Source: Pedosphaera sp.
GTDB taxonomy: Bacteria > Verrucomicrobiota > Verrucomicrobiia > Limisphaerales > SIBH01
Assembly: GCA_031414955.1 (NCBI GenBank)
Contig: JANOQV010000216.1
Location: forward strand, 1 to 12,942
Length of the DNA: 12,942 bases
Direction of reading: 5' to 3'
Part shown: positions 8,332-12,942 of the stretch, piece by piece
Numbering within the stretch: position 1 is the first letter of the stretch
Layout of the letters: every line of letters begins with the position of its first letter
Program-made: the position numbers and the translations under genes
Notes under the pieces: generated by a model
The model's input: only the letters and a program-made list of their open reading frames with translations
Database searches by the model: none
What the model was told of the DNA's origin: nothing

Positions 8332-8364
8332 ACCGCTCCAGGCCGGTCTCGCATTTCCAAAGGT

Positions 8365-11334
8365 TCAGCGGCGCGGTTGCAACAGATCCACTCCCGAGCG
8401 TTTCGCCGTCTCGAAGAATTCCTTCTCGCCCGCGAAGACCGCCCGGCCGCGCGCGTCATTGCCGTCGAGATAAGCCACGAACGTGAACTGCTCCGGCGGC
8501 CGGGCCCGCTCTTGCACGCATTGGCGGACAATCTCGATCGGCGGCAGCGTCTTGCGCCCCATCACATCGACCAGCGGCAGCTTGATGTCACCGTCGAAGG
8601 CGCGATAGACCAGTTCGCTACACACCAATTTGTCGGTGCTGAAAAAGTCGAACTCGAAGTCATAGGGCTTGCCCGCGTGACTGAAGGCGCGCGCAATGAC
8701 TTCCTTGAGGCGCGCCTCGGGGAGATTCGGGCGCAGGAACACCGCCGCATCGGCCTCGCCCACCGAATGTTCGAGCGCGGTGAAAACCACGCCTTCACTG
8801 ATGGCCTCCAGGATGACGCGCTCGTGGCCCCTGGCGTCGCGCGCGATGAACTCCTTCCAATGAGCCTGCACACGCGGATCGCGATCCAGCCCCAGCCGCT
8901 TCATGTCCTCCGTGGTCCCAACATAAAGCGCCGCGTGCGGCCAGTAGCCGGGCAGAAACGCGTTGGAGAGAAACCAGTTGCGGCGCTCCAGCATCACATC
9001 TCCGGGCTGGAGCTTGGTGCGCAACTCTTTGACTTGGGCGGGCGAGATGAGCGCCTTGCCCCCGCGCGGCTCGCGCAACTTGGTGTCGCCCACCCAGGAT
9101 GAAATAAAAGTCTGGGCGCGGTAAACCGCCTCCTTGCCCGCATCACGCGCGTCGGTAAACGGCGCGGTCACACCGGCCAAAAACGGCTCAAGCTTGGAGT
9201 CCTGCACCGTCTGCCCGGCCCGGGCAATCGCGGCGTGAAACCGAACATACGGCGATGGCTCCGCCAGGTGGTGGCGCGCGAAGCCGTCACGATGCCGGCG
9301 ATAAAACTCCTGCGCCTGGCGCATCAAGCGCCGGTTGTCACCGTCAGCCAGACTGCGCCGCACATTGTCGTAGAGGCCGGCCGGAATGTTCCAAAGCGGC
9401 TCGGCCTCGTTGAGCTTGCGCATCGCGTTGGGTGCGCCGTCAAACAGGGTCACGAACTTGATCGAGGCTTCATACACGACGCTGGCCGCCGTGTAGTCCG
9501 CGAGGAAGGCGCGCAACCGCAACGTCTCATCCGGCGCGTGGGCGTAGTCCTGATACTTCCACACGATGCGCAACAGCGCGGTGCGGTAGTTCACATAGGT
9601 CAGCAGCAACGCGCGCAACTCGTCGTCATCCGACTGCCGGTACCAGTTCCGTTTGCCCGAGGCGTACTCCGCCATCATGGCCTGCGTGCGCGATTCCAGC
9701 GCGGTGACGCCGTCGATGATGTTGGTCAAAGCCGATTCATCCGCGTGCAGCGAGACGGCCAGGGCATTGGTGGACAGGCCGGCCAGGTTCAACCCGTGCA
9801 TCCGCTCGCTGCGGCTGCGCTCGGCGAAGTGCCAGTTCTGCCAGACAAAGATTCCCGCCGTCGCCACGAGGATGGCGGCCCAGCGGAGCGCGATGAAGGT
9901 GCGTTCACTGCGCGAGTATCGCCGCGGCTGCTCGTCCAGTGAAGGAAACGCACGGGCGAACTCGTTGACGAATTCCTGGAGCTTGATTCGCAACCCTGAC
10001 TGTTGCGCGCGCAACTCGCCCAAGCGAGCCGGGCGAAAAAGCACGCGCATTTGCTGCAGCCAGTTCCGACAGATGTCGCGCGCCCGACGCGCGTAGGTCA
10101 GCGCGAAGACGCCGGCCAGCGGCATCAGCAAGACAAGCATCCACGCCACCCACGGCAGGAAATAGCTGCGGATGGCCCACCATGCGCCGGCATACCAAAG
10201 CCCGTAAATTGGCAGGCCCAAGCCCAGCCTCATCAGGGCCGTGGTCGTGGGACCGTCCTCCATCCGCCGCGCCAGCAACCGAGTGACCACGAACGGCAGG
10301 AGATGAAAAACCGTGCCGATGATGGCCGCCGGGAACCAGTAGGCCAGCCAGAGTGCTTCGATGAAAAGCGTGAGGAAGAGTTTCCAACCGCGAAACTTCA
10401 TCACCGGTGAACGCGAGGTCAGTCCCGCCGCCGCGAGTTGGGCGCGATACTCGCGGATGGCTTCCGCGATCAAGGTGACCCCGCTCGCGCTGCGAGCGGT
10501 GTTCCCGCCGGTCTCCGCCTCACCTCGCAGCGCGAGGCTTTCCACCTCGCGCTCATGGAAATAGTTCATCGCATCCGCCAGCCGCTTCCGCTGGCGCAAC
10601 GCCGAGATCGCAATGTGCCCCCGCAATCGCTTCGGCGGCGGCAGCAACAATTCCAGTTCCTCCAGAAACGGTTCCAACGAAGGCTCGCCCAACTGGATCA
10701 CCACCCGCCGGAGCCGCGCCGCGATCTCGGCCGTCAACGCGCGCATGGCCTTGCGCTCGTCGCCCTGCTCCTGCACGAAACGGGCCACATGAATGGGCCG
10801 ACCCACGCGCACCCAGATGGCCGAGCGGAAAAGTTGCTTGCGCTGGTAGTTGATGCCGATGGGCACCAGTGTCAGATCCTTCGCGCCCAGCGCCACCGCC
10901 TGCACCGCCATGCGCGCCGCTCCGGATCGAATCTGTTCCAGCGTCAGCGAGTCATGACTCCGGCCCTCGGGAAATATTCCGACCGTCTCGCCGCGCGCGA
11001 GGGACTGCGCGCCCACGTTCAACGATTCCAGATTACGCCGGACCTGCGCGCCGTCATCTTGGGCGCGAAAGGCCGGCAGCATGCCCAACGCGCGCATGAG
11101 CCGGCCCAGTACCGGCGTCTCGAACAGCGGCGCCTTGGCGAAGAACCGCACCGGACGATCGGCCGCAAGACCGACGACGGCGGGATCAATGAGCGAGTTG
11201 GCGTGATTGGCCGCCAACAGCACCGCGCCGGTGCGGGGAATGTGATTCGCCCCGCTGACTTCAATTTTCGGATAGTACAGCCGCACCAACCGTCGAACGG
11301 TCCAGCGCGCGAGATGTCCGAGGAGTTGAAGCAT
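8365..11334 (-). CDS. Fusion protein: N-terminal PlsC/GPAT-type glycerolipid acyltransferase + TM helices + helical region + C-terminal permuted NlpC/P60 (YiiX/YebB-like, peptidase C92) domain
   Basis: Single uninterrupted 989-aa ORF. Acyltransferase motifs: NHANSLID (H44/D50), FFAKAPLF, IFPEGRSH and VPIGINY. Several hydrophobic helices lie mid-protein. The C-terminus has LQPGDVML, PGYWPHAALYVG (H800), EAISEGV and GKPYDFEFDF...LVCSELVY (C905), in His-before-Cys order. Confidence 0.85.
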   Translation of the reverse strand: MLQLLGHLARWTVRRLVRLYYPKIEVSGANHIPRTGAVLLAANHANSLIDPAVVGLAADRPVRFFAKAPLFETPVLGRLMRALGMLPAFRAQDDGAQVRRNLESLNVGAQSLARGETVGIFPEGRSHDSLTLEQIRSGAARMAVQAVALGAKDLTLVPIGINYQRKQLFRSAIWVRVGRPIHVARFVQEQGDERKAMRALTAEIAARLRRVVIQLGEPSLEPFLEELELLLPPPKRLRGHIAISALRQRKRLADAMNYFHEREVESLALRGEAETGGNTARSASGVTLIAEAIREYRAQLAAAGLTSRSPVMKFRGWKLFLTLFIEALWLAYWFPAAIIGTVFHLLPFVVTRLLARRMEDGPTTTALMRLGLGLPIYGLWYAGAWWAIRSYFLPWVAWMLVLLMPLAGVFALTYARRARDICRNWLQQMRVLFRPARLGELRAQQSGLRIKLQEFVNEFARAFPSLDEQPRRYSRSERTFIALRWAAILVATAGIFVWQNWHFAERSRSERMHGLNLAGLSTNALAVSLHADESALTNIIDGVTALESRTQAMMAEYASGKRNWYRQSDDDELRALLLTYVNYRTALLRIVWKYQDYAHAPDETLRLRAFLADYTAASVVYEASIKFVTLFDGAPNAMRKLNEAEPLWNIPAGLYDNVRRSLADGDNRRLMRQAQEFYRRHRDGFARHHLAEPSPYVRFHAAIARAGQTVQDSKLEPFLAGVTAPFTDARDAGKEAVYRAQTFISSWVGDTKLREPRGGKALISPAQVKELRTKLQPGDVMLERRNWFLSNAFLPGYWPHAALYVGTTEDMKRLGLDRDPRVQAHWKEFIARDARGHERVILEAISEGVVFTALEHSVGEADAAVFLRPNLPEARLKEVIARAFSHAGKPYDFEFDFFSTDKLVCSELVYRAFDGDIKLPLVDVMGRKTLPPIEIVRQCVQERARPPEQFTFVAYLDGNDARGRAVFAGEKEFFETAKRSGVDLLQPRR
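10473..10547. repeat. 75-bp REP-like doublet inside the acyltransferase CDS
   Basis: AGGTG-N6-CTCGCGCTGCGAG (10473-10496) and its inverted copy CTCGCAGCGCGAG-N6-CACCT (10524-10547). Each arm is itself a hairpin (CCGCTCGC-gct-GCGAGCGG; CCTCGC-agc-GCGAGG). Confidence 0.7.
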
Positions 11335-11366
11335 CGGCGGGGATTAAACACCAAACGGGTGAAATG

Positions 11367-11479
11367 AAACTCCAAATTCCAAAACTCAAATTCCAACCAC
11401 GGCGCAAACTCCTCTCGGCAGCCATTGTAGTTTGGAATTTGAGGCTTGTTTGGAATTTGAGTTTTGGAATTTGGAGTTT
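11367..11479. repeat. Perfect 30-bp inverted repeat built from TTGGAAT-like heptamers, intergenic and AT-rich
   Basis: AAACTCCAAATTCCAAAACTCAAATTCCAA (11367-11396) is the exact reverse complement of 11450-11479. Extra heptamers TTGGAAT-TTGAGGC lie at 11432-11445. Confidence 0.92.
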
Positions 11480-11484
11480 TCCCG

Positions 11485-12891
11485 CTATTTCGCCGCCGTC
11501 TGCGTCCCGCCTTTGAGCGGAACTGGGATGAAGGACTTCACCAATTGGTTGCTCTTCGCCGCGTAGTCGTAAATGCGCAGCGTGCCGTCGAAGCCGCCCG
11601 TCGCCAGCCAGTTCGTCGTGGGACTGAAGGCGAGTGAGTAGATGGCGCCGTCGTGGCCCTTGAGCGTGGCCACGCGCTTGCCGTCCTTCCCGGCGGTGTA
11701 CACGCGCACCTCGGGTGCCGCACCGCCGACCGCGATGTTCGTGCCGTTCGGAGACCAGGCGATGGCCTGCGCAGGACCGCCGAGCCGTTCGTATTCTTTG
11801 ATCAGGTTCACGTCGTTGTTGCCGGCGGTGCGACCCTGATTGTCGGCAATCTTGTAGATGCGCGTCACGCCGTTCTCACCACCATAGACAGCGAGGTCTT
11901 CCTTCGGACTGCGGGCGAGACAGAGCGCGCCTTCGAGCAGCTTGTTGATGTCATCGATGAACTGGCCGTTCGACACCTCGATCAACTTCATCGCCTTGTC
12001 GCGGCTGCCGCTGAGCACGCGCTTGCCATCGGTGAGGAAGGTGGTGCCGAACACCCAGTCGCTGTGGTTGTCGAACTTCATCAGCTCCTTGCCGTCCTTC
12101 ACGGAGAAGACGCGTACGGATTTGTCCGCGCCGCCCACGGCCACGCGCTCCGAGTCGGGCGAGAACGAAAGGCCGTAGAGAGAATCAACCGAAGACTTGA
12201 TCGAGCGGACGAGCGCGTTGCTCTCCGTGCTCCAAAGTTGCACTTCACCGAACAGCGCCGGCGCGCCGCCGGACACGCCGATGAGTTTGCCATCCGGCGA
12301 ATACGCGATGGACTCGATGCGGGGCGACTCACCGAGCAAGCGCGCGATAATGTTCGAGCCGCCCACGCTGTGAATGAGCACCTCGTGATAGCCCGATACT
12401 GCGAGCTGTTTGCCATCGGGCGAGAACGCGAGCGCGGAAATCACCGGCGGGCGCGTGTAAGTCGGCGGCGCGGTGAGCTTGAAAGAGTTCGCGTTCGCCG
12501 GCGTGTCGTCCTTCGCGCCCTCGACAATCCAGCGCGTGAACAGCGCGACCTCGGCCTTCGTGAGCGCCTCGCCCTCTTTCGGCATGGAAGGCTCATCGCC
12601 GGTAATTTCATCGATGACCAGGCTGTCCTTGAGATTGCCCGGCTTGAAGCCCGCACCGTGTTTGCCGCCTTTGGCAAAGGCCGCGTAAGTCGTGACATCA
12701 AGCTCGCCCTTGAGTTTGCCGGGATGGTGGCAGCCGGTGCAACTCCGCTTCAGGATGGGCGTGAGATCGCGGTAGTAGCTGACCGGCTTCTCGGCGGCGG
12801 ACAACCAAGACGCAAATGTCAGGAGCAGCGACGCTAAGACCACGATCGAAAATCGGCGCTGAAGCGACCGCACTCCAAACGCTTCGCGCAA
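11485..12891 (-). CDS. Planctomycete-type cytochrome c domain + WD40 beta-propeller protein, exported; start uncertain (frame open to window end)
   Basis: Signal-like h-region IVVLASLLLTFASWLSA|A. VSYYRDLTPILKRSCTGCH carries CxxCH at 12727-12741, followed by SMPK and WIVEGA. There are multiple WD40 units (LAFSPDGK, HSDWV, LKGHDGAIYSLAFSP...TGGFDGTLRIYD). No in-frame stop occurs between 12891 and 12942. Confidence 0.88.
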   Translation of the reverse strand: MREAFGVRSLQRRFSIVVLASLLLTFASWLSAAEKPVSYYRDLTPILKRSCTGCHHPGKLKGELDVTTYAAFAKGGKHGAGFKPGNLKDSLVIDEITGDEPSMPKEGEALTKAEVALFTRWIVEGAKDDTPANANSFKLTAPPTYTRPPVISALAFSPDGKQLAVSGYHEVLIHSVGGSNIIARLLGESPRIESIAYSPDGKLIGVSGGAPALFGEVQLWSTESNALVRSIKSSVDSLYGLSFSPDSERVAVGGADKSVRVFSVKDGKELMKFDNHSDWVFGTTFLTDGKRVLSGSRDKAMKLIEVSNGQFIDDINKLLEGALCLARSPKEDLAVYGGENGVTRIYKIADNQGRTAGNNDVNLIKEYERLGGPAQAIAWSPNGTNIAVGGAAPEVRVYTAGKDGKRVATLKGHDGAIYSLAFSPTTNWLATGGFDGTLRIYDYAAKSNQLVKSFIPVPLKGGTQTAAK

Positions 12892-12942
12892 ATCGAGGCG
12901 TTGGATGCTGCGTGCCAGCGTTTGGAGTGCGATCGCTTCAGC
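12858..12942. repeat. 26-bp inverted repeat (REP-like, CGCACTCCAA core) overlapping the 5' part of the cytochrome c/WD40 frame
   Basis: GCTGAAGCGACCGCACTCCAAACGCT (12858-12883) matches the reverse complement of 12917-12942 at 25/26 positions. It may extend beyond the window. Confidence 0.85.

Noticed and set aside
8328..8368. CTGAACC...GGTTCAG inverted repeat spanning both convergent stop codons
   Set aside because: A 7-bp stem with a long loop and no U-tracts; could be chance, so it is not called a bidirectional terminator.
11367..11479. Possible CRISPR array
   Set aside because: The repeats are inverted and heptameric, with no unique spacers and no cas genes.
8377..12837. + strand ORFs 8377-9102, 9235-9942, 10438-11367 and 11653-12837
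   Set aside because: Antisense shadows of the two well-supported - strand genes.
11485..12891. Cytochrome c + WD40 architecture as a novelty
   Set aside because: This architecture is common in Planctomycetota/Verrucomicrobiota. A functional link to the downstream acyltransferase fusion cannot be supported from this window.

Overview
GC-rich bacterial window; the gene content suggests Verrucomicrobiota/PVC (inference). Left to right: (1) the 3' end and probable right end of an ISKra4/ISLre2-like insertion sequence, missed by the ORF track; (2) a + strand three-gene operon, possibly sigma54-driven, encoding a ~1570-aa secreted DUF1800 protein (DxDxDG motifs, 2x PA14, Ig-like, CHRD, and a DUF1800 domain interrupted by three beta-rich repeats), a Tat-exported DUF1501 protein and a membrane-anchored protein with a GspG-like C-terminus; (3) an L-fucose-dehydrogenase-like SDR; (4) on the - strand, a cytochrome c/WD40 protein followed by a 989-aa fusion of a glycerolipid acyltransferase and a permuted NlpC/P60 (YiiX-like) thiol enzyme, the most unusual protein here. 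Four unrelated palindromic repeat elements are present, two of which appear to lie in frame within protein-coding sequence. No rRNA, tRNA or CRISPR array was seen. All family calls come from motif recognition by eye, not database searches.
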